This document shows, one piece after another, positions 1-9,206 of a stretch of DNA of 64,000 bases (the stretch's first letter is position 1; the number at the start of each line of letters is the position of its first letter). The notes under the pieces are model-generated. The model saw nothing but the letters and a program-made list of their open reading frames with translations, made no database searches and had not been told where the DNA came from. Source of the stretch: an uncultured virus (IMG/VR IMGVR_UViG_3300007538_000026). Its lineage: Duplodnaviria; Heunggongvirae; Uroviricota; Caudoviricetes. The stretch covers positions 1-64,000 of IMG/VR virus record IMGVR_UViG_3300007538_000026; one strand, given 5' to 3'. The translations under genes and the position numbers were made by a program.

Positions 1-1
1 C

Positions 2-151
2 GGAGAAGAGGCGCTCTACGACCGCATGTTCCTGTACGAGGAGCTACACAGCATTCTCGGCACCCTGTTCACCAGCTTCGCCGTGGAGCGCTCGTCCACC
101 GACTGGGCCTATGTCATGGACGATATCCACGAGTGGATGGAGAAGAAGTGA
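2..151 (+). CDS. Partial CDS (C-terminus), hypothetical protein
   Basis: Open frame from the window edge (GEEALYDRMF...WMEKK*). Its TGA overlaps the next ATG at 151. Confidence 0.6.
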   Translation, partial: GEEALYDRMFLYEELHSILGTLFTSFAVERSSTDWAYVMDDIHEWMEKK

Positions 152-399
152 TGGAAGGCATCCCCGAGCTCCCCGACCGCCCGGCCTTTGGCCACCTGCA
201 ACTGGTCCCCAACGTCGACGCGCGCTTCGGCTCCGCGTCCCACTACGTCCGCGTGCTGACCTACGATCCCGAGGCTGAGGAGTTCATCACGCTGCTGCTC
301 ACCGAGGCCGACATGCGCACGCAGGAGCACCGGCGGAGCATGAACCCCGAGGAGTGCATCGAGCCTGGCCCCATGGACAAGCTCAAGGCGCGGGTGTGA
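151..399 (+). CDS. Hypothetical protein
   Basis: ATG coupled to the upstream stop (TGATG), with high-GC3 codon usage. Confidence 0.65.
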   Translation: MEGIPELPDRPAFGHLQLVPNVDARFGSASHYVRVLTYDPEAEEFITLLLTEADMRTQEHRRSMNPEECIEPGPMDKLKARV

Positions 400-584
400 C
401 GGGCCAGGCGGCCCGCTGCTTCCTCGACAAGACCCGGGTCTGCGGCGGGATTGCGACCGATCACCCCTGCAAGGCCTACAAGGACGGAAAGTGCCAGCTC
501 CTGACCAACACCTCGAGGGCCAGGCGCGTTCTGGAGCAGCTCCTCAGCGCGCTGACCAAGAAGCCCCCACCGCCCTTCAGCTGA
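396..584 (+). CDS. Small Cys-rich hypothetical protein
   Basis: GTGA overlap with the upstream stop. Four Cys (CFLDKTRVC...CKAYKDGKC). Confidence 0.5.
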   Translation: MTGQAARCFLDKTRVCGGIATDHPCKAYKDGKCQLLTNTSRARRVLEQLLSALTKKPPPPFS

Positions 585-901
585 GGACTGGGCAGGCTGC
601 TCGGGTGCTCGGCGTGCGCTTGCGGCAGCTGCAGTACCTTCGTGAAACTGGCGTGGTCGTGCCCTCTGCGGTGGGGCGTGGCCGCGGGCACACCAGCCGG
701 TACACCTACCTCGACCTTCTGCGAGCACACCTGGCTCTCGGCGACTTGAAGGACGTGTCCCAGGCTGCCCAGCGAGTCATCTTGGCCGACGTGGAAGCGG
801 CTCCCCCGAAGGCGCTCCGGACGTGGCGTCTCGGAGATCACACCACCATCACGGTGGACCTTGCCCAGGTCCACCGTGAGCTGCAGCGGAGGCTCCCATG
901 A
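581..901 (+). CDS. MerR-family HTH DNA-binding protein (start uncertain)
   Basis: LRTGQAARVLGVRLRQLQYLRETGVVVPS...GRGHTSRYTYLDL matches the MerR winged HTH. The domain begins at a CTG overlapping the upstream TGA. The ORF track starts the frame at 491. Confidence 0.7.
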   Translation: MRTGQAARVLGVRLRQLQYLRETGVVVPSAVGRGRGHTSRYTYLDLLRAHLALGDLKDVSQAAQRVILADVEAAPPKALRTWRLGDHTTITVDLAQVHRELQRRLP

Positions 902-1266
902 GCTCGCCGACTCCCATCTCCATCTCCTACACCTACATCACCGAGCTCAAGAAGTTCCGCCTCGAGGTCAGGCACCGTCCGAGCGGGCAGTTCATCTCGG
1001 TGATCATGGAACCTCACGAGGCCATCGGCCTGTACAACCTGGTCCTCGAGGAGACGCGGAAGTGCGCGCAGAACCCGGCAGCGCTGCCGGCTCCGCTGCG
1101 CATCATCCATGGCGGGCCCGATGGCGGGCAAAAGGAGAAGGAGGCGGCCGAGCACGGGCAGACCGCGCCCGCGGATCCGGGGAGCCCCTCGGTGACCGTG
1201 GACGACGACCTCCCGGCCGGTCTCGTGCTCGTCCACGGCGCGCAGGGCTCCGACTCCGAGCACTAG
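898..1266 (+). CDS. Hypothetical protein
   Basis: ATGA overlap with the MerR gene. Contains LRIIHGG. Confidence 0.6.
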   Translation: MSSPTPISISYTYITELKKFRLEVRHRPSGQFISVIMEPHEAIGLYNLVLEETRKCAQNPAALPAPLRIIHGGPDGGQKEKEAAEHGQTAPADPGSPSVTVDDDLPAGLVLVHGAQGSDSEH

Positions 1267-1322
1267 TTGCCTCGCGACTCGCTCTGGACTACTATTGGCC
1301 GTGAAGTGGGTGCGACCTAAGC

Positions 1323-1363
1323 GAACCACCCCCGGGCCCTGCGACGGCCCGGGGGCTTGGTTC
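1323..1363. terminator. GC-rich hairpin between convergent genes (probable bidirectional terminator)
   Basis: CCCCCGGGCC-ctgcgac-GGCCCGGGGG stem (1329-1355), extended by GAACCA/TGGTTC. Confidence 0.6.
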
Positions 1364-1365
1364 CA

Positions 1366-2367
1366 TCAATCCCGCTCTCGCTGGAAGTGGGTGACCATGT
1401 CGTCCACCGTCTGCCCGGCCAGGCTCCGCGGAGTACCGCCGGCCATCTCGGCGGCTTGCCGGTAGGACGCCATGCGCACTTCGCCTGCGTCGTAGAACTT
1501 CTGGCGGATCCACTCGGCGTTGACGGGGGAGTGCGGGCACTCGGTGTAGGTGCACTTCCCGCCGATGTTGTGCTCGTCGGCGTGGTGTGGGCAGTGAGGG
1601 TAGGCCAGCCGCTCGTCCCGCTCATCCATCGTCTCCTCACCGGCCTGGAAGTACAAGACGGCGCAGTGGTTGCAGGCGTACTTCCAGGTGTCGGAGATGA
1701 AGAGCCCATCGACACACCACAGCTTCTTGCCGCAGCAGAAGCAGGTGTGCACCTCGCGCTCCGTGCAGACGACCTTGCGGGGGTCCAAGAGCTTCCCGTC
1801 CCAGCGAGAGTAGTAGGCGACGCTGTACTTGAGCACGCACTGGAACATGGGGTCCAGCGTGGCCAGCCAGTCCTCGCCGTTCTCGGACATCACCCACATC
1901 ATCGTGCCGTAGACGATGACCTCGAGGTACATCTGCGGTGGGGGCTCCCGTTCGTAGAGCTGGAAGAGCTCGGCGACCTGGGGCAAGGAGCGCGCGCGCT
2001 CGTCGTCCGTGATGCCCGGGGTGTGCCAGCGCTGCTCGAACATGTTCTTCTTCGGTTCGTTGCGCAGGATGATCAGCTGGTCCGGGTCGAACTCGTACCC
2101 CATGTAGTCGAAGACCCACCTGTAGGGCTCGTCCGTCTGGTAGAAGCCGGTGTTGAGCCAGATCCACCAACCGCTGATGCAGAGCCAGTCGAGGGTGGCG
2201 ACGATGCCCAAGGGGAGCCAGTAGTCAGGAAGGACGGTGGAGTCGAAGCCCTGCTCGCCGAAGCGGTGGTTCAGCAGGTCGGCGACGAAGTGGTACACCC
2301 CCGGATCCGGCATCCAGTCGGGCCTGGCTCCGAGGTTCTGTCCAGTGTGCTCTACGAGGTCGTGCAT
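1366..2367 (-). CDS. Hypothetical protein with C-terminal Cys/His clusters (putative Zn-binding)
   Basis: 333 aa with a GGAGG RBS. Motifs HTCFCC...WC, CNHC, CPHH, CTYTECPH. Confidence 0.75.
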   Translation of the reverse strand: MHDLVEHTGQNLGARPDWMPDPGVYHFVADLLNHRFGEQGFDSTVLPDYWLPLGIVATLDWLCISGWWIWLNTGFYQTDEPYRWVFDYMGYEFDPDQLIILRNEPKKNMFEQRWHTPGITDDERARSLPQVAELFQLYEREPPPQMYLEVIVYGTMMWVMSENGEDWLATLDPMFQCVLKYSVAYYSRWDGKLLDPRKVVCTEREVHTCFCCGKKLWCVDGLFISDTWKYACNHCAVLYFQAGEETMDERDERLAYPHCPHHADEHNIGGKCTYTECPHSPVNAEWIRQKFYDAGEVRMASYRQAAEMAGGTPRSLAGQTVDDMVTHFQRERD

Positions 2368-2471
2368 GGTGCCTCCAGGTTGTTGGAAGTCTTATGCCAG
2401 AAACAGAAATCCTCCTGCTCTCTGTTTCCTCACGTTTTCAGCCGGTTATGCCGAGGGCGTAAGAAATCCTG

Positions 2472-2501
2472 TTGACTGAGTACCTCTCGACCGGGTAGCT
2501 T
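2472..2501 (+). promoter_or_regulatory. Sigma70-like promoter, likely leaderless
   Basis: TTGACT-N18-TAGCTT, with the ATG at 2508 lying 6 nt after the -10 box. Confidence 0.5.
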
Positions 2502-2507
2502 CCTCGC

Positions 2508-2969
2508 ATGTACCTCATCTTCGTCCGTGGCGGAAACCTCGTTCTCGTGTCCCACACGAGGATCGAGCCTGCCGCGCGCCTGGCGGCGCTGCAGAAGTGC
2601 TCCCCTGTGGAGCTCGAGCTTCTTGGCGCCATTCCTGGGAGCAAGCGGGCTGCTGGTAGGGTACGCGACGAGTTGCAGGGCGCCTCGGTACGGGACGACT
2701 GGTTCGAGTACGAATCCGTGAAGTCTCGGATCGACGAGCTGCTTGCTCTCGATGGGGTGTTCCTGCTGGCCCCGTCGCAGTCCAGTGAGAAGCGAGGGCA
2801 CGTCCCCGTCAGCCAGGCGGCTGCCGCGTTGGGCGTTCCTGTGGTTGATGTGCAGAAGTACGTGCAGGTGCGAACGACCGCCGGCGGGCACCGCAGGGTG
2901 TTCGTCGATGAGCTGCAGGCCGCGGCCGCGGCTCGAGTAGAACCCGATCTCTCCTTCAGGAGTTCCTGA
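2508..2969 (+). CDS. Degenerate T5orf172/GIY-YIG-like domain fused to an excisionase/BldC-like HTH
   Basis: N-terminus YLIF...RLAALQKCSPVELELLGAIPG...DWF. C-terminus VSQAAAALGV...RTTAGGHRR. Confidence 0.6.
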   Translation: MYLIFVRGGNLVLVSHTRIEPAARLAALQKCSPVELELLGAIPGSKRAAGRVRDELQGASVRDDWFEYESVKSRIDELLALDGVFLLAPSQSSEKRGHVPVSQAAAALGVPVVDVQKYVQVRTTAGGHRRVFVDELQAAAAARVEPDLSFRSS

Positions 2970-3517
2970 TGTGCCCCGAATCCCCTCCGCCCCCGGGCGT
3001 GAGCTCTCTCGACGATACCGGCAGCCGTACCCCGGTCGACGCCGGCCCGAAGCCCCCGCGACCCCGGAGGCACGACCCGCGAGCCGACCCGCTCTCCGAC
3101 GCGGCGCACGCCCGTGCGCGCGAGGTCGACCCCCGCACCCCGCCTCCCGGCACCAACCGCTCCAAGCGGGACGTCGTCGAGGTGCCCATCCAGACCCAGC
3201 GCTCGCGGCGCTTCCTGGTCACCTGGGACTCGGTCGACGGGCATCGTCGCCAGGTCAGCAAGGCCGACGTGCAGGGCAAGCTCCTGTCGCGCGCCGAGCA
3301 GTTCTCCCTGTGCTTCATCCTCGCCTTCCGTGAGCTGTCGCTCGGCGGCGACCCCGGTACCGTGCTGAAGGCCTTCGGCGTGCGTGTCGAGGACATCGAT
3401 GGCGCCCTGCTCTTCCCCTTCCCCCTCCTCGTGCACCCGCCCGAGGCCGCGTTCGAGGACTCGCTCGACCCCGCCGCGGCCCCCGCCGCGTTCGCGCTCG
3501 CCGAGGACGGCGAATAG
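2969..3517 (+). CDS. Hypothetical protein
   Basis: TGATG coupling and coding-like codon usage. Confidence 0.55.
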   Translation: MCPESPPPPGVSSLDDTGSRTPVDAGPKPPRPRRHDPRADPLSDAAHARAREVDPRTPPPGTNRSKRDVVEVPIQTQRSRRFLVTWDSVDGHRRQVSKADVQGKLLSRAEQFSLCFILAFRELSLGGDPGTVLKAFGVRVEDIDGALLFPFPLLVHPPEAAFEDSLDPAAAPAAFALAEDGE

Positions 3518-3535
3518 CCCTCGAGGAGGTCACCC

Positions 3536-3826
3536 GTGTCTGAGATGAAGCCCCCGTACGTTCACGTCGCTCTGGTCACCGAGGCGTTCTGCGTCGAAGC
3601 CGATGTCAGCCTGCACCCCGTGCAGCGCTGGTGGGACAAGCTGACCGCGAACACCATGCTCTCGCGGATGCGCGACGAGGCAGGGGCTCCCTTGCTCACG
3701 GTGCGGGTGGCCTGCCCGGAGTGCTACGCCCAGGCTCACCGCCTCACCAAGGTCGACCGCCCGGAAGGTGTGCGCCGGAAGTGCGGGAGCTGCGGGCACG
3801 AGTTCCCGGTGGGCGGAGAGGAGTAG
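3536..3826 (+). CDS. Zn-ribbon protein
   Basis: GAGGAGG RBS. CPEC...CGSC. Confidence 0.65.
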   Translation: MSEMKPPYVHVALVTEAFCVEADVSLHPVQRWWDKLTANTMLSRMRDEAGAPLLTVRVACPECYAQAHRLTKVDRPEGVRRKCGSCGHEFPVGGEE

Positions 3827-3836
3827 CTGCCTCCCC

Positions 3837-4052
3837 ATGGCGTGGTTCGACGAGATCCAATCTCCCCTGACGCGTCGATCCGCTCGGCGCATCCGAACCT
3901 GCCGAGTGTGCCAGCGCGACTTCCGCTTGGACTACGCCGAGATGGAGCGTACCCTCGACCAGCCTTTCGTCTGTGCCAACTGCGAGGAGCAAGAACGTGA
4001 GCGATCACAACAGCCCGGGTTCCAAGGGCAAGCTCATCACCGCCATCGATAA
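3837..4052 (+). CDS. Small Zn-ribbon protein
   Basis: MAWFDEIQ...CRVC...CANC. Confidence 0.55.
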   Translation: MAWFDEIQSPLTRRSARRIRTCRVCQRDFRLDYAEMERTLDQPFVCANCEEQERERSQQPGFQGQAHHRHR

Positions 4053-4533
4053 CGTCCAGGCGCAGTCGTCCGGCCTCAAGTCCCTGTACACCATCGAGTT
4101 GGCGCTGACGCGCTCTCCCCAGCGGGAGGAGCTCTGCGGCGCCATCGTGGTGTTCAAGCAGAACGTGAAGCTCGATCTACCCGAGGGCGTGCCGATGCAG
4201 GAGGCCATGCAGCAGGCGGCCAAGGAGCAGACCGAGGTCATGCTGCGCGACCCGGAGAAGTTCAGGGAGTCCGCGGGTCAGTGGATTGCCTGGGCGGTCG
4301 GACGCGTCATGGAGATCTACCGCGAGGTGGGCGGGGCCAAGGTCGTCATCAAGGCGCCCAAGCTGAAGGTGCGCCAGTCGCTCTCCCAGGCCACCGTGGC
4401 CGCGCAGGGCCTCAAGCCGGCCGAGAGCACTCTTCGGAGGATCGACCAGCTGCTGCGCCAGGGGTACACCTACGACCCGTGGACCAAGACCATCCGTCGT
4501 GGGGCTGTCAACGCCGGGATGGCCAAGCGATGA
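3997..4533 (+). CDS. Hypothetical protein
   Basis: GAGGAG upstream of the GTG at 3997, with strong GC3 bias. Confidence 0.65.
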   Translation: MSDHNSPGSKGKLITAIDNVQAQSSGLKSLYTIELALTRSPQREELCGAIVVFKQNVKLDLPEGVPMQEAMQQAAKEQTEVMLRDPEKFRESAGQWIAWAVGRVMEIYREVGGAKVVIKAPKLKVRQSLSQATVAAQGLKPAESTLRRIDQLLRQGYTYDPWTKTIRRGAVNAGMAKR

Positions 4534-4802
4534 AGTTCGGCCAGGCGATCCAACTCATCCGCGAGCAGGCTCACATGAAGGCGGTGTGGGCCGAGTGTCT
4601 CGACCACCTCCAGGAGATGAAGGCGGACGAGGACGGCATTCAGATGGAAGGCGGTGCCGACGAGAAGGTCGATGAGGACTACATCGACCAGGGCATCGCC
4701 GTCCTCGAGGGCCTCATCGAGGCCTGTGAGATCGAAACCGCCAAGCTGGAGGCACTCGATGTCCGACCACCAGAGTCCACCGACGGTCAGGGTGACGGCT
4801 GA
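4530..4802 (+). CDS. Acidic hypothetical protein
   Basis: ATGA overlap. MKFGQAIQLIRE... Confidence 0.6.
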   Translation: MKFGQAIQLIREQAHMKAVWAECLDHLQEMKADEDGIQMEGGADEKVDEDYIDQGIAVLEGLIEACEIETAKLEALDVRPPESTDGQGDG

Positions 4803-4974
4803 CCCCGCCACCGACTTGACCGGACTGCCCCTCGTCACCGCGGTGATCGACCCGGAGATTGCCCGCTTCGAGGAGTGGTTCCGCTCCAACGTGGACGCCA
4901 ACACGGGCCTGTCCAGGTTGGAGCACGAGATGTTCCGTTCCTACCTCTACCAGAAGCTGACCGGAGCGTTCTGA
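4759..4974 (+). CDS. Hypothetical protein
   Basis: GGAGG RBS before the ATG at 4759. Stop coupled to the next ATG. Confidence 0.55.
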   Translation: MSDHQSPPTVRVTADPATDLTGLPLVTAVIDPEIARFEEWFRSNVDANTGLSRLEHEMFRSYLYQKLTGAF

Positions 4975-5378
4975 TGCGCCTCATCCTCGAGATCCCGCCC
5001 GCCAAGCGTGGTGCCCACATGGAGTGGCCCAAGCCAGCGGACGATATGACATCGCTCCTGTTCAAGCTGCCCCGCCCTGCCCGCACACTGGACTGCAAGC
5101 GCTACGATGCAGATGTCGTCGCGTGGTTCCCGGCGAGCGACCGAGCCCCCATGTTCACTCTGGCTTCGGGTCGGCGCTCCGACGGGGCCGAGGCAGCTGT
5201 GCGCGAACTCGACGAGTACGTGCGCGAACTGGAGACTCTCGGCACCGTGGTCATCGTCACCGCGGGGGCCGTGTCCCCGGAGGGCTTCAAGGTCTACGAC
5301 GCCGAAGGGCAGCAGGCCTGGTTCGATGGCTTCGTCGTCGAGGGGGAGTGGACGCGCGAGGAACTGCTGGGCGAGTAG
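4974..5378 (+). CDS. Hypothetical protein
   Basis: TGATG coupling. MRLILEIPPAKRGAH... Confidence 0.6.
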   Translation: MRLILEIPPAKRGAHMEWPKPADDMTSLLFKLPRPARTLDCKRYDADVVAWFPASDRAPMFTLASGRRSDGAEAAVRELDEYVRELETLGTVVIVTAGAVSPEGFKVYDAEGQQAWFDGFVVEGEWTREELLGE

Positions 5379-5432
5379 CCGCACACGTAGGGGAAGTGGT
5401 GTTATCGTAGTCTCCACACAGCGGAGACATCG

Positions 5433-5732
5433 ATGTCGGATTCCCTCCTGAAGCAGTGCAGCGACGAGCAGCTGTTGCGTGAAGTGGTGGCGCGCCTGGT
5501 AGACCAGCCCGAAGCGCTCCAGATCGAGAGTAGCATCACCGACGGCCTGGCCGTGTTCGAGGTGGCGTGCCCAAAGGACGACACCGGGAAGCTCCTGGGG
5601 CGAAAGGGCGCGCACGCCAACGGCATCCGTGCCGTGTTCACCGCGATCTTCGGGAAGCGCGGGCGCCGGTTCCACTTCAACGTGAACGACGGCAAGCCCC
5701 GCTCGAGCCGGAGTCGCCAACGCGGGAGCTGA
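5433..5732 (+). CDS. khpA: KhpA/YlqC (UPF0109)-like single-KH RNA-binding protein
   Basis: LVDQPEALQI...DDTGKLLGRKGAHANGIRAV matches the KhpA pattern, and the GxxG loop is intact. Confidence 0.8.
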   Translation: MSDSLLKQCSDEQLLREVVARLVDQPEALQIESSITDGLAVFEVACPKDDTGKLLGRKGAHANGIRAVFTAIFGKRGRRFHFNVNDGKPRSSRSRQRGS

Positions 5733-5735
5733 TAG

Positions 5736-8700
5736 GTGCACCCCGGATACCCAGGAGCGCCGCCGGGCATGATGCCGGGCCCGCCGCCCGGGCCGGGGCT
5801 GTTCGGTGCATCGGCACAGGCGATGGGCTTCGGCGCAGCGCCCGGGCAGATGTACGGGACCATGGGCATGGGCATGCAGCAGGGCGCCATGGGGGCCGGC
5901 GGTGCGGCTGTCAACACCATGGCCAACCTGGCCTTCCCCGCGGCAGTGGGTACGGTCGGTTTCGGCGCATGGGCGTTGGCCCCCATGATGCAGCGTGCTG
6001 GCATTGGAGGGGCTGCCGGTGCCGTGGGCTTCGGCGCCATGCGTGCTCTGGACCCATTCACGTGGGCGGCCCCGTTCTGGCGGGGTGGCTTCGGCGTGGG
6101 GCGCGGGATGCTCGGGGTGACGGGGCGTGGCTTCGCTGGCACCGTGGCCTCGACGGTCAGGGCGCAGGGGATGCTCCGGGGAGGCGCGGCGCTCGCGGGC
6201 GCTGGTACACTGGGGTTGGCGGGGGCTGCTCTCCCTATCGCGGGCGGCATGCTCGCTACCGAGGCTGTGCTCAAGATGGGGCGCGAGGCCTGGGGAGGCG
6301 CCCAGGACACCATGGCAGGTCAGGCGCTCCTCTCCCAGATCGGCCCTTCGATCGCGCCTGGGCAGCGGATGACGCGCTCGCAGGGCGCCGGCGTCGGAAG
6401 CATGTTGCGCGGGATGTCCGACGAGCTCGGCGTAGGCGTCGATGATGTCAGCGCCATCGCGAAAGAGATGAACAGCATGAAGCTGTTCCAGACCACCAAG
6501 TCGGTGGATGAGTTCAAGACGCGCTTCCGCGACATGCTCGATGTGGTCAAGGACGTGGCCAAGACGCTCCAGACCTCGCTCGACGACGCCGTCGGTGTCA
6601 TGGGCGAGCTCCGGCAGCAGGGCTTCTACTCCGCGGGCGACATCCAGGGGCAGGCCGCTCGCATGCAGGCTCGCTCGGCCTCTACGGGGATCTCGACCTC
6701 GACTTACAACGCACTGGGCCGTGCGGGTTCGCAGTATGCCCGCAGCCGCGGCATGCGCGGGCGCTTCGGCTCCGAGGCGTTCCAGCAGTCCACCGAGGCG
6801 GTCTCCTACGCTGTCCGCCACGGGATGATGGACGAGAACGAGGTCATGGAGATGGGCGGGGTCGAGTCCGTCGGAGCTCGCCTGGCGGCGAAGCAGATGG
6901 ACTTCCTGCGCACCTCCAGGGGCCGCGTGATGATCGCCAACGCCTACGGGCGGGGGGCTCAGGGGCTGGGAGGCATTCTCAACCCCAACGTCACCACCGA
7001 GTCCCTGGTGACCGGCGCCGCAGGCCGCGGTCTGGGAGTCCTGCGCGCTGCCGGCAGTCGGGAGGCCAGGGAAGACTTCATGCCCTACGCCGGCATGGCG
7101 ATGGTCTCCATGGCGGCCTCCCAGCAGCGGCAGCTCTACGGCGGTGTCTCCGAGCGAGGCGTCATCGGCATGCTCGGTACGATGGGGCTGGGGCGCGAAG
7201 AGGCCAAGATGCTCATGCAGCAGACCATGGCCATGCCCCAGGCGCTCGCCGAGCGGCGACAGCAGGAGTTCGCTGCGGACCAGAAGCGCGCCTACGAGGA
7301 CATCCGCCGCCACTACTCCGTCGGGTCGCGCTGGGACCGCCTCATGGACCGTACGGGCCTCGGCGGGATGTGGGACAGCTCGCGGGACTGGGGAGCCGCT
7401 GCCTACGCGTCCTACGGGCAGGGGTACCAGAACCTCATGGAGGGCATTACCGGGCGCCGGGAGTACGTGGCCGGCGGGGCCGAGCATCTTCGCTCAGCTC
7501 GCGAGTATGCCCGGAGCGGGCGCATCGTCTCGCTCACGGGAGAGGTGTCGGGGCGGGAAGGCGGCTGGCTCATGCCGTCCGAGCGTGACCGCGCGCGCTC
7601 TCTGTACCGGCCCTACCTGATCGGGGAGCACCTCGGCCGCGGGCTATCAGCGAAGGGGAAGGACGTCATCCAGCTCGGGAAGGGAGTGGCTATCCGCACG
7701 CAGGACATGGAGCGGGCGCAGTCGGTGCTGGAGACAGGCTTCAAGCCCGGATCGGCTCCGTCCGCGTCGGCCGTGTTGCGGCTCTCTCAGAAGCAGCAGG
7801 CGAAGCTGCGGGACCTGTCCATGCGCGGTGACCTCGACGACGTGGGGGACCTCGAGCGCTCCGACGACAGGTGGGGTCGGGGCAACCTGTCCAACGAGGA
7901 GCAGAATGCGTTCCTCATGGCGAGGGAGATCGGGGTGTTGGGGGAGGATGCGTCCATGGCGTCCTTCGCGGCGTCGAAGGACGAGAGGCTGCGTGTGTTG
8001 GGGGTCATGCAGCGCGGGTTGGCCGAGGAAGACCGCCGGCGTGGCACGGACCTGCGCAAGCTGGTCTCCGGAGACAGCACGCCGATCAGCGCAGGGGCGA
8101 TGACCCTGTCCGAGCTTCGTGACAGGTCAGACGCTGCGGTCAAGGACTTGCTCACCACTGCGGGCACGTCCGAGCTGTTCGGCGTCAACATCGACCGCGG
8201 CGGCTTGCTCGGCAAGTTCGTGGAGGCGACTGGGATCTGGACGGGGGATCGCCTGTCTGACGCCGGGGACGCCCTCAAGGGGTCTGTGGAGAACGACCCG
8301 AAGGCCCGAGCAGCCCTGGCCCGGTACATGCGTGCCTGGGCCGAGCAGGCCACGGACAAGAACGGGTTCAACGCGGGCGCTGTGGAGGAGCTGGAGCAGC
8401 TGGAGAAGGTGCTTGGGGCAGAGTCCCCCGCATTCCGGGAGCTGCAGCACATCCACAAGAAGATGACTTCGGATCCGGATGTCCGCTCCCGCGCGGTGGC
8501 CAAGGCCCGGCAGGAAGGCGGGATGCTCGACATCTTCGGTGCTCTGCCTTTCGAGGAGCGTCGCCAGCAGCAGATTTCAGCGGAGAACTCGCGTATCCGT
8601 GGCGCGATGGGGAAGCTTCGGCTGTCTGACGAGATGGAGGCGCGCGCCAAGAAGCTGCTCAACTCGCCGACGGGGCCCAGCGAGGGTTCGCGTCAGGCGC

Positions 8701-9200
8701 GCGCTGCGGCCCGCATGGGCCTCTTCGACGAAGCGCTCAAGACGCAGGGCACCATCGACGCGGGCGAGCAGGAGACGCTCCAGGCGCTCCTGGGCGACGG
8801 CGCTGGGGCGATGTCCACTGGCATCAACCGGCTGATGAGCGGGAAGAGCGAGTACGAGCTCGGAGAGTTCCTCGAGAAGCGCATCGGTATGACGGGAGAC
8901 GACAAGTCCGCGGCGCTGGAGCGCCTGCTCAAGACCAAGTCCGGCTCCGGCGCTCGGGCCGACGAGGTCATGTCCCTCATCAAGGAGATGCGCCTGGAGA
9001 ACCCCGAGTTGTGGGGCTCCGGCGGCGCTGAGGTGGCCGGTGTGGAGGGCGCTACCGGGCAGGGACTGACTACCGCCTACGTGGAGGCCAACACGCGCTT
9101 CGTGACCACCGTGGAGCGCTTCGTCAGCGCGATGAAGGAAGCCAACATCGATGGGCTCGATCTCTCGGACCTCGAGTTCAAGGGCGCCAGCCCGAAGTAG
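5736..9200 (+). CDS. Tape-measure-like tail protein
   Basis: 1154 aa, helical and Ala/Gly/Met-rich, directly upstream of hub/baseplate-like genes. Confidence 0.6.
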   Translation: MHPGYPGAPPGMMPGPPPGPGLFGASAQAMGFGAAPGQMYGTMGMGMQQGAMGAGGAAVNTMANLAFPAAVGTVGFGAWALAPMMQRAGIGGAAGAVGFGAMRALDPFTWAAPFWRGGFGVGRGMLGVTGRGFAGTVASTVRAQGMLRGGAALAGAGTLGLAGAALPIAGGMLATEAVLKMGREAWGGAQDTMAGQALLSQIGPSIAPGQRMTRSQGAGVGSMLRGMSDELGVGVDDVSAIAKEMNSMKLFQTTKSVDEFKTRFRDMLDVVKDVAKTLQTSLDDAVGVMGELRQQGFYSAGDIQGQAARMQARSASTGISTSTYNALGRAGSQYARSRGMRGRFGSEAFQQSTEAVSYAVRHGMMDENEVMEMGGVESVGARLAAKQMDFLRTSRGRVMIANAYGRGAQGLGGILNPNVTTESLVTGAAGRGLGVLRAAGSREAREDFMPYAGMAMVSMAASQQRQLYGGVSERGVIGMLGTMGLGREEAKMLMQQTMAMPQALAERRQQEFAADQKRAYEDIRRHYSVGSRWDRLMDRTGLGGMWDSSRDWGAAAYASYGQGYQNLMEGITGRREYVAGGAEHLRSAREYARSGRIVSLTGEVSGREGGWLMPSERDRARSLYRPYLIGEHLGRGLSAKGKDVIQLGKGVAIRTQDMERAQSVLETGFKPGSAPSASAVLRLSQKQQAKLRDLSMRGDLDDVGDLERSDDRWGRGNLSNEEQNAFLMAREIGVLGEDASMASFAASKDERLRVLGVMQRGLAEEDRRRGTDLRKLVSGDSTPISAGAMTLSELRDRSDAAVKDLLTTAGTSELFGVNIDRGGLLGKFVEATGIWTGDRLSDAGDALKGSVENDPKARAALARYMRAWAEQATDKNGFNAGAVEELEQLEKVLGAESPAFRELQHIHKKMTSDPDVRSRAVAKARQEGGMLDIFGALPFEERRQQQISAENSRIRGAMGKLRLSDEMEARAKKLLNSPTGPSEGSRQARAAARMGLFDEALKTQGTIDAGEQETLQALLGDGAGAMSTGINRLMSGKSEYELGEFLEKRIGMTGDDKSAALERLLKTKSGSGARADEVMSLIKEMRLENPELWGSGGAEVAGVEGATGQGLTTAYVEANTRFVTTVERFVSAMKEANIDGLDLSDLEFKGASPK

Positions 9201-9206
9201 GCAAGC

